Assembly (NCBI GenBank): GCA_024638805.1
Contig: JAHEJO010000002.1
Location: 1-61,182 of the forward strand
DNA from: Acidimicrobiales bacterium
Lineage (GTDB): Bacteria > Actinomycetota > Acidimicrobiia > Acidimicrobiales > SZUA-35
Direction: 5' to 3'
DNA: 61,182 nt
Below are positions 25,883 to 37,292 of this stretch, piece after piece. The first letter of the stretch is position 1. Each line of letters starts with the position of its first letter. The notes under the pieces were generated by a model. It had not been told where the DNA came from, ran no database searches, and saw nothing but the letters and a program-made list of their open reading frames with translations. The position numbers were made by a program, and so were the translations under genes.

Positions 25883-27480
25883 TGCTCGACCTCAGTGTGC
25901 CGGCAGGCGTCTCACCAACCGGGACCCACCACAATGGGGTCGTGTCTTCCGTTCCTCCGATCCACTTCGCCCAGTCCGACGGCGCCCGGATCGCCTACCA
26001 GGTGTTTGGTTCCGGCTCGGCCCCGGTCCTGGCCGTACCCCCGCTCGCCCAGAACATCGAGGTGGCCTGGGAGCGCCCCGAGATTCGGCGCATGCTCGAG
26101 CGTCTCGGTTCGTTCTGTCGGTACGTCCATTTCGACAAGCGAGGAACCGGGAGTTCGGACCGACGGATCCGGGTCCCGGTCGCCGATGAACGGGTGGAGG
26201 ACGTACGGGCGGTGATGGACGACGCCGGCTTCGACAGCGCCCACCTGCTCGGGGCGTCCGAGGGAGCGCCGACCGCCCTGCTCTTCGCCGCCACCTATCC
26301 CCGCCGGGTGCTGAGCGTCACGCTCCAAGGGACGGGGGCGAGCGAGTATCCGCCCGGATTCTCCGAGGCCGACCGCGCTGGGCGGCGCAAGCTGCACGAG
26401 CGGTTCGTGGCTCTCTGGGGAACCCCCGAATCGCCGATGGCGCGCGATCTTGCGCCGTCGCTGGCCGGCGACGCCGGGTTCGCCAGCTGGCACCAACGGT
26501 ACGAACGGCTGTCGGCTGATCAGGACTCACTCAGAGAACTACTCGAACTGACCTTCGACAACGACGTGCGAGAGGTCGTGGGCTCGATCAGGGCACCGCT
26601 GTTGGTGCTGCACAGGATCGATGACCGCGTCGTCCCGATCGCACGGTCGCGGGAACTCCTCGAACTCAACCCTCGGGCCCGTCTGATCGAACTGGACGGA
26701 TCCGACCACGTCTTCTATGCCGGGGACACCGAGGAATGGTTGCGGGCGTTCGAACACTTCGTCACCGCAGCCGTCCGGCCCAGACCCGTCTCCAGCCTTC
26801 GGGCTAACCGGGCGACGATCGAATTGATGGGTGGTTTCGCCGTGAAGATCGGTAGGGACGAGGTCCCCTCCAGTGCCTGGGGGTCGAGGAAGGCCAGGAC
26901 CTTGTGTCAACGATTGGCGGTGGCGCAGGGCCGGCCCGTGCGCCGGGAGGAGCTGATCGACATTCTCTGGCCCGATGGAACCGACCCGGTTCGGTTGTCG
27001 GCGAGGCTTTCGGTCCAGCTGTCCTCGGTGCGACGGATCCTGAACGGCGGTGTGATCGCCGACCGCAGCACCGTTCGGCTGGACACCGAAACGGTCGAGG
27101 TCGATCTGATCTCTTTCATGGAAGCAGCCGACGACGAGCAGGTCGTCCGCAGCTATGGCGGCTCCGTGCTAGCCGAGGAGCCCGACGCCCGGTGGATGGC
27201 AGGCGTTCGCGTCGACGCCATCGGCCGCTTCCTCCGGTCGGCCGAACGGTTCGGCCATCTACTGCTCGACCGGGGTGATCCGATCGGCGCTGGCGAGGTC
27301 GCCCGCAGAATGATCGACACCGACGGGTGGGATCCACGAGGGCATGCGTTGCTCATCGCATCACTTCTCCTCGCCGGTGAGGAACGGCAGGCCCGCCTCG
27401 CCCACCAGGAATGGGAGCGCCTGTCCAGCGAGCTTGGCGTCCCGGTAGGCGACCTCGACTCCTTTCGAAAGGATTCCTGA
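25882..27480 (+). CDS. Alpha/beta-hydrolase domain fused to SARP-type (winged-helix + BTAD) transcriptional regulator
   Basis: The N-terminal half (IAYQVFGSG..., HLLGASEGA nucleophile elbow GxSxG, LVLHRIDD) is hydrolase-like. The C-terminal half (IELMGGFAVKIG...RKARTLCQRLAV...REELIDILWPDG, then a helical BTAD) is SARP-like. Start uncertain (GTG 25882, 25897 or 25942). Confidence 0.75.
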   Translation: MLDLSVPAGVSPTGTHHNGVVSSVPPIHFAQSDGARIAYQVFGSGSAPVLAVPPLAQNIEVAWERPEIRRMLERLGSFCRYVHFDKRGTGSSDRRIRVPVADERVEDVRAVMDDAGFDSAHLLGASEGAPTALLFAATYPRRVLSVTLQGTGASEYPPGFSEADRAGRRKLHERFVALWGTPESPMARDLAPSLAGDAGFASWHQRYERLSADQDSLRELLELTFDNDVREVVGSIRAPLLVLHRIDDRVVPIARSRELLELNPRARLIELDGSDHVFYAGDTEEWLRAFEHFVTAAVRPRPVSSLRANRATIELMGGFAVKIGRDEVPSSAWGSRKARTLCQRLAVAQGRPVRREELIDILWPDGTDPVRLSARLSVQLSSVRRILNGGVIADRSTVRLDTETVEVDLISFMEAADDEQVVRSYGGSVLAEEPDARWMAGVRVDAIGRFLRSAERFGHLLLDRGDPIGAGEVARRMIDTDGWDPRGHALLIASLLLAGEERQARLAHQEWERLSSELGVPVGDLDSFRKDS

Positions 27481-27578
27481 AGGGTCCCGTAGCAGGATCG
27501 CACGCATATTTCAGCACCACTCAGGACCGTGCACGCACGGTTGGGTGGCGACAGCGCGGGAGCCGTAACCTCTCAGGG

Positions 27579-28571
27579 GTGGCCACCAATCCTCTCACCA
27601 CCCTTCCGACGGCGGCGGCTGACACCCTGCGGGTCGAGGAGACGCTTCTCTCGACGGTGCACATCGATGGCGACCCATATCTCACCGAGGTCGCATCGCA
27701 TTTGATCAAGGCCGGTGGAAAACGGTTGCGACCCCGGTTTGCGATCGCTGCCGCCGGATGTGCGCTGCCCGATGGAGTCCCGGTGTCCCTGGATGTCGTC
27801 CGCGGCGGCGTCTCGGTCGAACTCGTGCACATCGGGAGCCTGTACCACGACGACGTCATGGATGAGGCGGTCCTGCGCCGACAGGTCGAGAGCGTCAACG
27901 CCCGGTGGGGCAACCTGCGAGCGATTCTCGCCGGCGACTACCTCCTGGCCAAGGCGTCCGAGATCGCAGCCGATCTCGGAGTCGAGGTCGCCGGGCTGCT
28001 CGCCACCACGATCGGCAAACTGTGCCAGGGTCAGGTGGCGGAGCTCCAGACCCTCTACGACACACAGCGCAGCGAAGACCAGTACTTTCCGAGCATCGAA
28101 GGCAAGACCGCGTCGCTCTACTCAGCGGCGGCCCGGATCGGCGGCATCGTCAGCGAACAGCCAGACGCCGCCGTGGATGCGCTCACCGAGTTCGGCCGTC
28201 TGTACGGCATGGCCTTCCAGGTGGTCGATGACATCCTCGACGTGACCGCATCGGACGTGCAGCTCGGCAAACCGGCCGGCAACGACATGCTCGAGGGTGT
28301 GTATTCACTTCCGGTCATCCACACCCTCCACTCGTCGCTCGGCCCCGATCTACGCCCGCTCCTCAGCGACGAGATGACCCAGACCGATCGCCTCGATGCC
28401 ATCGAGCTCGTCCGCAACGGCCCCGGCGTCGCCTCGGCCTTGGCGGTTGCGGAACGTTTCGTCGGACAAGCCAAAACCGTCGTCGGCGCCGTCGGCACCA
28501 ACGACGCTGCGTGCGCATTGGGAGCAGCGTGCGACCATCTGCTCGAATCTGTCGCCGCAGTGACCGCCTGA
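27579..28571 (+). CDS. Polyprenyl diphosphate synthase
   Basis: GGKRLRPRF. First DDxxD at LYHDDVMDE, second at FQVVDDILD. GTG 27579. Confidence 0.9.
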   Translation: MATNPLTTLPTAAADTLRVEETLLSTVHIDGDPYLTEVASHLIKAGGKRLRPRFAIAAAGCALPDGVPVSLDVVRGGVSVELVHIGSLYHDDVMDEAVLRRQVESVNARWGNLRAILAGDYLLAKASEIAADLGVEVAGLLATTIGKLCQGQVAELQTLYDTQRSEDQYFPSIEGKTASLYSAAARIGGIVSEQPDAAVDALTEFGRLYGMAFQVVDDILDVTASDVQLGKPAGNDMLEGVYSLPVIHTLHSSLGPDLRPLLSDEMTQTDRLDAIELVRNGPGVASALAVAERFVGQAKTVVGAVGTNDAACALGAACDHLLESVAAVTA

Positions 28572-28760
28572 TCCGGATGCCAGGGCGGACCTCGGCCGGA
28601 GGCGTCCGTGCGTGGAACAATCATTCGATGGGGATCGTTGTGAAGGACACAGGCCCGGCCCGAGGGGGCCGAATGGCTCATCCCCGTACTCTCCGAGCCG
28701 ACCTTCTCCTTAGAGGGCCGGTAGACTCACCCCACGTGCCTCGCACACCCTGGAGGACCC

Positions 28761-31292
<2,532 letters not shown>

Positions 31293-31337
31293 TCAACCCC
31301 GGCTCGTGATGGCGGCGGCGATGGCGGTCCCATCGCT

Positions 31338-32909
31338 GTGGCGGGCTCGTTCGGCGATCTAGTGTTGGCTACCGTGGCCCAGCATTACGCAGTTCGATGC
31401 CGTCGACTTCTGCTGTTGCTGGCCGTCCTGCTGGTGTCGGCGTGCAACGCCGAGGTGCTGACCACGGTGACCGTCGAAGAGGACGGATCGGGCCAGGTCG
31501 AGGTGGCGCTGGTGATGGAACCGGAGCTGGCCGCCCAACTCCCCGATCTGCAAAGTGCCGGGATCGCATTGGCTGATGCGAGGGCGAGCGGATGGGTGGT
31601 GGAACCACGTGAACTCACCGACGACGGCAGCACCCGGATTCGGGCCACCAAGGAATTCGCCAATCCCGATCAGTTCAGCGAGGTGATCAACGAGGTCAGC
31701 GGGTCGGACGGGCTGTTCCGGGACTTCGAGCTGGAACGGGTCAGCAGCTTCGCCCAGGTCTCGTATCGGTTGACCGGTCAGCTCGCGCCGGCCGGGTTCA
31801 CGTCGTTCGGAGACGCTGACCTCGATGCCCTGCTCGGTGAACCGCTCGACTCCTTCGTCCAACGGATCGGCGCCGATCCGGCGGCGACGACGGTCCGGTT
31901 GGCATTGACCCTGCCCGGTGAGGTGCCGCCGGACGGGTCGAACGGCACTCGCCTGGACCAGGCGTCGGACTCGACTACCCGATTCTGGAGGGTCACCTTG
32001 GCATCGACCCAGCCGGTCTCGGTCCGATCCGAGAGCACCACGCGTGAGATCGCCGCTCTGGTCGCTCTGGGTGTCGCGGTGCTGACCGGTGTGGTCGCAT
32101 TGTTGCTCGCCCTCGCCGTCGTGCTGCGTCTCGTCCAATCCCGGCAGAAGCCCACGCCGACGCCGACGAACCGTCCCTCGGCCCGGGCACCGCGCAAAGT
32201 CGAGACCGAGTCCCCACCCGGCGAGTTCGACGGCGCCACGGAATCGATGGTGGCGACCAACCCGACCGTCGTGGCCCTGGACGGGATGGGCGTGCTGTAC
32301 GGCTCGGGCGCCGACATCGACGAGTTTCTGGTGCCGTTCTGCTTCGAGAAGGGTTCGACGCTGACCGCCGACGAGATCGCCGGCCGGGCCCGGCAATTGA
32401 GCCTTGGCCGTATCGAACCGTCGGCGTTCTGGCACTTGGTGGGCGTGGACGGCAACCCGGACGATCTCGACGACGAGTATCTCGCCAAACACGCGCTCAA
32501 ACCGGGGGTGGTGAAGTTCCTGAGGTCGCTGCGTGACCGTGGGGTCAGGGTCGCCTGCATCACCAACGACTCGGCGCTGTGGGCTCGCAAGCTACGCCAG
32601 CGGCACAGCCTCGACACCCTGATCGACCCCTGGGTGGTGAGCGGCAGCGTGGGCGTCCGCAAGCCGGATCGACCGATCTTCGAAGTCCTGCGCCGTCTCA
32701 CCGGCGAGGCGCCGGCCAACATCCTGATCGTCGACGATCAGTTGCACATTCTCGATGCCGCCCGGGCCCTCGGCTACCGGACCGCGTGGTTTGCTCCCGA
32801 CGGAGAGGCCACCGACGCGAGGGGACATGCCATCCTCCGCAGCTTCGACGTGCCCGAACAGAAACCCCGACCGGAATCGGCGTCGGCTCCTCAGCCATCA
32901 TCGCCCTGA
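31338..32909 (+). CDS. Lipoprotein-like (LppM/DUF3153-like) domain - TM - HAD-family hydrolase fusion
   Basis: Lipobox-like LLVSAC. Extracytoplasmic domain TVTVEEDGSGQVEVALVM. TM IAALVALGVAVLTGVVALLLALAVVL. C-terminal HAD motifs VVALDGMGVLY, ITNDS, VRKPDRPIF, IVDD. Confidence 0.65.
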   Translation: MAGSFGDLVLATVAQHYAVRCRRLLLLLAVLLVSACNAEVLTTVTVEEDGSGQVEVALVMEPELAAQLPDLQSAGIALADARASGWVVEPRELTDDGSTRIRATKEFANPDQFSEVINEVSGSDGLFRDFELERVSSFAQVSYRLTGQLAPAGFTSFGDADLDALLGEPLDSFVQRIGADPAATTVRLALTLPGEVPPDGSNGTRLDQASDSTTRFWRVTLASTQPVSVRSESTTREIAALVALGVAVLTGVVALLLALAVVLRLVQSRQKPTPTPTNRPSARAPRKVETESPPGEFDGATESMVATNPTVVALDGMGVLYGSGADIDEFLVPFCFEKGSTLTADEIAGRARQLSLGRIEPSAFWHLVGVDGNPDDLDDEYLAKHALKPGVVKFLRSLRDRGVRVACITNDSALWARKLRQRHSLDTLIDPWVVSGSVGVRKPDRPIFEVLRRLTGEAPANILIVDDQLHILDAARALGYRTAWFAPDGEATDARGHAILRSFDVPEQKPRPESASAPQPSSP

Positions 32910-32970
32910 AGCCGGCCACCGTCGGCCCGGCAGCGGAGCGACTGTCACACCCTCTGACGAGGCTGGGGTC

Positions 32971-34314
32971 ATGAGTTCGAGAGAAACGACCCACCGATGC
33001 AACGAGTGTGGGTACGTCCACCACAAATGGCAGGGCCGCTGCGCAGGATGCGGCCAGTGGGGCACCCTGCCGGACAAGCCATCGTCGCTGCCGTCGATCT
33101 TCGCTGACGCACCGCTCAGACGCCTCGACGAGGTGGACGGGACGCAATCCATACCGATACCCACGACCGTCGCCGAGATCGACCGCGTTCTCGGCGGCGG
33201 ATTCGTACCCGGGTCCGTTTCGCTGCTCTCGGGCGAACCGGGGATCGGAAAGAGCACCCTCACCCTCCAGCTCGCGTTGCGGATCGCTCGCAGCGGGGCC
33301 GCGGTCGTGCTGGTCACCGGCGAGGAGGCACCGACCCAGGTGGCGGCCCGAGCCGGGCGGATTCACAGCAGACCGATTCCTTCCTCCCTGGCCGTGCTCG
33401 ACACGCTGGAGACCGACCGGGTGGTGCACATCATCGAGGAGAATCGTCCGCAGATGGTCATCGTCGATTCTGTGCAGACGTTGCGACTGGGCGAGGAAGG
33501 CAGCCCGGGGTCCGCCTCCCTCTTGCGCAGCGTCGCCGGCAGACTCGCCGAGGCGGCCAAGAAGCACACGGTGTCGCTGTTGCTGATCGGCCATGTCACA
33601 AAGGACGGCGGCCTGGCCGGCCCCCGGACACTGGAGCATCTGGTCGACACCGTGCTGTCCTTCGAAGGCGACCGCAGCACCGATCTCCGGTTCCTGCGAT
33701 CGGTCAAACACAGATTCGGTGCGACGAGCGAAGTCGGACTGTTCGAAATGGTCGGCACCGGACTTCGTCCTGTTCAGGACCCGAGCGCGCGGTTTCTCGC
33801 CGATCGCCACCCCGACCTTCCCGGATCTTCTGTCGCTCCGGTCCTGGAGGGGCGCCGACCGGTCATGGTCGAGATTCAGGCTCTGGTCGCCAAACACAGC
33901 GAGAACACCGGTGTGTTGGCTCATGCCGTGCCGTCCGGTCGTCTGCGTGTGGTCACCACCGTCGCCGGACAGTACCTCGACGGGGCGTTGACCCGGTCCG
34001 ACATCCTGGTGTCGGCTGCCGGAGGAGCCAAGGTGTCCGACCCCGGAGCGGATCTCGCGATGCTCCTGGCGATGATCTCGGCCGAGACCGGCGTTCGGGT
34101 TCCGACCGGACTGGCAGCGTGCGCCGAAATCGGTCTGAGCGGCGAACTCCGGCGAGTCACAACCATGGAACAGCGACTGCACGAAACGTTTCGCCTCGGC
34201 TTCACCGAATGTGTCGTCCCTCGTTCGTGCCCCGAGGGTCCCACCGGCCTGCGACTCCTGCGCTGCTCCACGGTCAACGACGCGGTTCAGGCGCTGATCG
34301 GGGCAAAGGTCTGA
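32971..34314 (+). CDS. radA: DNA repair protein RadA
   Basis: Zn finger CNECGYVHHKWQGRCAGCGQWG. Walker A GEPGIGKST. VKHRFGAT (KNRFG motif). Lon-like C-terminus. Confidence 0.95.
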   Translation: MSSRETTHRCNECGYVHHKWQGRCAGCGQWGTLPDKPSSLPSIFADAPLRRLDEVDGTQSIPIPTTVAEIDRVLGGGFVPGSVSLLSGEPGIGKSTLTLQLALRIARSGAAVVLVTGEEAPTQVAARAGRIHSRPIPSSLAVLDTLETDRVVHIIEENRPQMVIVDSVQTLRLGEEGSPGSASLLRSVAGRLAEAAKKHTVSLLLIGHVTKDGGLAGPRTLEHLVDTVLSFEGDRSTDLRFLRSVKHRFGATSEVGLFEMVGTGLRPVQDPSARFLADRHPDLPGSSVAPVLEGRRPVMVEIQALVAKHSENTGVLAHAVPSGRLRVVTTVAGQYLDGALTRSDILVSAAGGAKVSDPGADLAMLLAMISAETGVRVPTGLAACAEIGLSGELRRVTTMEQRLHETFRLGFTECVVPRSCPEGPTGLRLLRCSTVNDAVQALIGAKV

Positions 34315-34326
34315 CGTGTCGTCACA

Positions 34327-35424
34327 TTGCGCATCTACACTTCGGCAATGGGCCAGTCCGATCGAGCGCTACTGAAGGTTCTCGCTCAGATCGCGCCGGG
34401 TACTCCGTTGCGGGAAGGGTTGGATCGGGTGCTGCAATCCGGTAGGGGCGGTCTGATCGTCGTCGGCGACAGCCCGGAGGTTCTCAACATCTGCTCGGGT
34501 GGGTTCCTGCTGGACTCGGCCTTCACCCCCCAGCGTCTGGCCGAGGTGGCCAAGATGGACGGTGCGATCATCCTGGCACCGGATGCGGTACGGATTGCCC
34601 GCGCCAACGTCCACCTCGTACCCAACCCCAACGTGCCCACCACCGAGACCGGGACCCGTCATCGGACCGCTGAACGCGTCGCCCGGTCTCTTGACGTTCC
34701 TGTCGTCGCCGTTTCCCAGAGCCGCAAGGAAATCCAGGTGTACGTGTCGGAGGACCGCCATGCACTAGAACCGGTGAGTCGCCTGCTCGAACGCTCCAAC
34801 CAGGCAATTCAGACCCTCGAACGCTATCGCAGCCGCCTGGCCACCGTGTCGGCCAACCTGTCGGCTCTGGAGGTCGAGAACCTGGTCACCCTCCGAGATG
34901 TGATCGAAGTGCTTCAACGCACCGAGATGGTCGCCCGAATCGCCAAGGAGGTCGAACTGAACCTGGTGGAGTTGGGTTCGGACGGCCGACTCGTCCGGTT
35001 GCAGCTCGAGGAACTGATGGGCGGGGTCATCGACGATCGTCGATTGCTCATTCGCGACTACTTCACCGAGGATGCCGGGTTCCACATCGAGCAGGCCATG
35101 GACGCCCTCGCCGAACTCAGCAACGACGCACTGTTCAACGAGGAGGTTCTGGCCAAGACATTGCATCTCTCAGCGTCGGTGACCGACCTTGACGGCTCGT
35201 TGGAGTCACGGGGTTATCGTCTGCTGTCCAAGGTTCCGCGCCTGACCTCGATGATGGTCGATGAAATCGTCGAACGGTTCGAGAGCCTCGACGCCGTTCT
35301 GGCCGCCACGACCTCCGAGCTACAGGAAATCGACGGCATCGACCCGTTCCGCGCCCGCGGCGTCAAGGAAAGTCTCACCCAGCTCGTGGAAACATCGATA
35401 CTCGATCGTCTCCAGCGCAGCTAG
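34327..35424 (+). CDS. disA: DNA integrity scanning protein DisA (diadenylate cyclase)
   Basis: LAQIAPGTPLREGLDRVL, GGLIVVG, DGAIIL, TRHRTAER. C-terminal HhH region. radA-disA synteny. TTG 34327 or ATG 34348. Confidence 0.92.
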   Translation: MRIYTSAMGQSDRALLKVLAQIAPGTPLREGLDRVLQSGRGGLIVVGDSPEVLNICSGGFLLDSAFTPQRLAEVAKMDGAIILAPDAVRIARANVHLVPNPNVPTTETGTRHRTAERVARSLDVPVVAVSQSRKEIQVYVSEDRHALEPVSRLLERSNQAIQTLERYRSRLATVSANLSALEVENLVTLRDVIEVLQRTEMVARIAKEVELNLVELGSDGRLVRLQLEELMGGVIDDRRLLIRDYFTEDAGFHIEQAMDALAELSNDALFNEEVLAKTLHLSASVTDLDGSLESRGYRLLSKVPRLTSMMVDEIVERFESLDAVLAATTSELQEIDGIDPFRARGVKESLTQLVETSILDRLQRS

Positions 35425-35428
35425 CGTC

Positions 35429-36103
35429 CTAGCGGGCCCGTAGCTCCAACTGGGGTCGGTTCCGGATGTGGTAGCGCCGGTCGCGCTGTTCGATCCAGCC
35501 GAGTCGGACGAAACTTGCGATCGCCTTGTTCACCCGTTCGCGACTGGCTCCCACCATGCCCGCCAACTCCTCTTGGGTCACCGGTAGCGCGAACTCGTCG
35601 GTGTCACCGGCGATCTCCAATAGCCGTTTTGCGGTCCGGCCGGTGACGTCGAGGAAGACCGAATCGGCGAGCACGCCGTCCATGGCTCTCAGGCGAGCTG
35701 CCAGGAGTGCGACCACCCGCCAGAGCTGTTCGGGCTGGTCCTCGTAGAGGCGCCGCAGCGGCTCATATGGAATGACGAGGACTTCGGACGGTTCGAGTGC
35801 ACGACCGTCGGTCGACCGGTTTCGTTGATCGAACAGAGGCATCTCCCCGAAGAGGTCGCCCCTCTCCATGAGCGCGACGACACTCTCTCGACCATCGATC
35901 GAGCGGTTGACCATCGCCACCCGACCGCTGAGGGTCACGAAGAGATCGTTGGGTTCGTCGTCCTCGCTGAACAGCACATCACCCCTCTTGAGCTTGCGGC
36001 TCTCAGATTGGGTGGCGATGACCGCCAGCGTGTCCGACTCCAATCCGGAGAAGAGCTCTACGTCGGAAAGCAAGGCCGGGTCGATCACCCCACCACCGTA
36101 CAT
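35429..36103 (-). CDS. Crp/Fnr family transcriptional regulator
   Basis: cNMP-binding domain (LFSGLESDTL..., GDLFGEMPLFD) and HTH TQEELAGMVGASRERVNKAI. ATG 36103 chosen; the Arg/Ser-rich extension up to 36205 looks non-coding. Confidence 0.85.
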   Translation of the reverse strand: MYGGGVIDPALLSDVELFSGLESDTLAVIATQSESRKLKRGDVLFSEDDEPNDLFVTLSGRVAMVNRSIDGRESVVALMERGDLFGEMPLFDQRNRSTDGRALEPSEVLVIPYEPLRRLYEDQPEQLWRVVALLAARLRAMDGVLADSVFLDVTGRTAKRLLEIAGDTDEFALPVTQEELAGMVGASRERVNKAIASFVRLGWIEQRDRRYHIRNRPQLELRAR

Positions 36104-36109
36104 CGCTGG

Positions 36110-36125
36110 AGTGGAAAATGTCACA
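36110..36125. promoter_or_regulatory. Candidate Crp/Fnr-type operator (aGTGG-N6-TCACa)
   Basis: AGTGGAAAATGTCACA resembles TGTGA-N6-TCACA (right half perfect, left half 3/5). It lies in the 59-nt divergent region between the crp-like gene and ispD. Confidence 0.35.
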
Positions 36126-36162
36126 GTCCAGAAGACGCCGGTCCATGCCCTATCGTTGATCT

Positions 36163-36804
36163 GTGGAGTTGTGCTCGATCGTCGTTTCCGGAGGATCGGG
36201 GACACGGATCGGGGGCAGCGCGCCCAAACAGCTCCATCGGATCGGCGCCCATCGAATTCTGGACTGGTCGGTCCTGGCCGTCGCGCGGGTCAGTGCTCGT
36301 ATCGTCGTCGTTGCGCCGGAAGATTCTGTCGACGACCACCGTCCGGCCGTTGAACTCACGGTCCCCGTCGAGGTGGTCACCGGAGGACCGACGAGATCAG
36401 CGTCGGTTCGGGCCGGCCTGTCGGCTCTCGAACGGCGCCATCCCACGCATGTCCTGATCCACGATGCTGCCCGACCGGCGGTACCGGCGGCGGTGGTCGA
36501 TCGGGTTGTCGCTCGCCTTGCCGATGGTGCCGCCGCGGTCGTGCCGGTCATCCCCGTCACCGACAGCCTGCGCTACGTCGAAGGTGGCAGCGTCGACCGC
36601 AACGAATTGTGCGCTGTCCAGACCCCCCAGGGTTTCACCTTCGAACTCATCCGCAAAGCCCACGGGGGCGACGCGGATGCGACCGACGACGCCTCTCTCG
36701 TCGATGCGATGGGAGTTCCGGTCGTCCATGTGGAGGGTGATCCACACAACGTCAAGGTCACGGTTGCCTCCGATGTCGCGCTTGCCGGGATACTGCTGGG
36801 ATGA
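36163..36804 (+). CDS. ispD: 2-C-methyl-D-erythritol 4-phosphate cytidylyltransferase
   Basis: VVSGGSGTRIGGSAPKQ, HDAARP, VQTPQGF. Confidence 0.9.
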   Translation: MELCSIVVSGGSGTRIGGSAPKQLHRIGAHRILDWSVLAVARVSARIVVVAPEDSVDDHRPAVELTVPVEVVTGGPTRSASVRAGLSALERRHPTHVLIHDAARPAVPAAVVDRVVARLADGAAAVVPVIPVTDSLRYVEGGSVDRNELCAVQTPQGFTFELIRKAHGGDADATDDASLVDAMGVPVVHVEGDPHNVKVTVASDVALAGILLG

Positions 36805-37292
36805 ATCCAGTTCCCGATCTCGGTCGGCTTCGCACCGGCCACGGCTTCGACGTCCACCGGTGGTCCGCCGACCCTTCCCGGCCCCTGGTCCTCGGTGGGG
36901 TCCTGTTCACTGATTCGCCGGGTCTGGTGGGCCACAGCGATGCCGACCCGATCGCCCACGCCATAATCGACGCCATGCTAGGGGCCGCGGGCATGGGCGA
37001 TATCGGCCAGATGTTCCCGGACACCTCCGATACCCATGCCGGAGCGAACAGCGTCGAACTGCTGCGGTCCGCCGCCGGCAAGCTCCGTGATCACGGATGG
37101 CGGCTCATCAACGTGGACTGCACCGTCGTGTGCGACGCACCCCGGATTGCGCCTGAGCGATCACGCATGGAGGAGCTGTTGTCGCAGGCTGCAGGCGGGC
37201 AGGTGACGATCAAGGGCAAGAGAACCGAAGGGGTGTCGGGCTTGGGCGAGGGTATCCGGTGTCATGCGTCGGCCCTGCTGGTCGGACCATGA
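36801..37292 (+). CDS. ispF: 2-C-methyl-D-erythritol 2,4-cyclodiphosphate synthase
   Basis: ATGA overlap with ispD. GHGFDVHRW, GHSDADPIAHAI. Confidence 0.93.
   Translation: MNPVPDLGRLRTGHGFDVHRWSADPSRPLVLGGVLFTDSPGLVGHSDADPIAHAIIDAMLGAAGMGDIGQMFPDTSDTHAGANSVELLRSAAGKLRDHGWRLINVDCTVVCDAPRIAPERSRMEELLSQAAGGQVTIKGKRTEGVSGLGEGIRCHASALLVGP

Noticed and set aside
32698-34182. 494-aa ORF antisense to radA. Similar antisense or shifted ORFs lie at 17837-18931, 23829-25013, 38519-39556, 40923-41978, 43089-44024, 5686-6573 and 9236-10381.
   Set aside because: All overlap genes with strong family motifs on the other strand or frame. Their composition is typical of GC-rich shadow ORFs.
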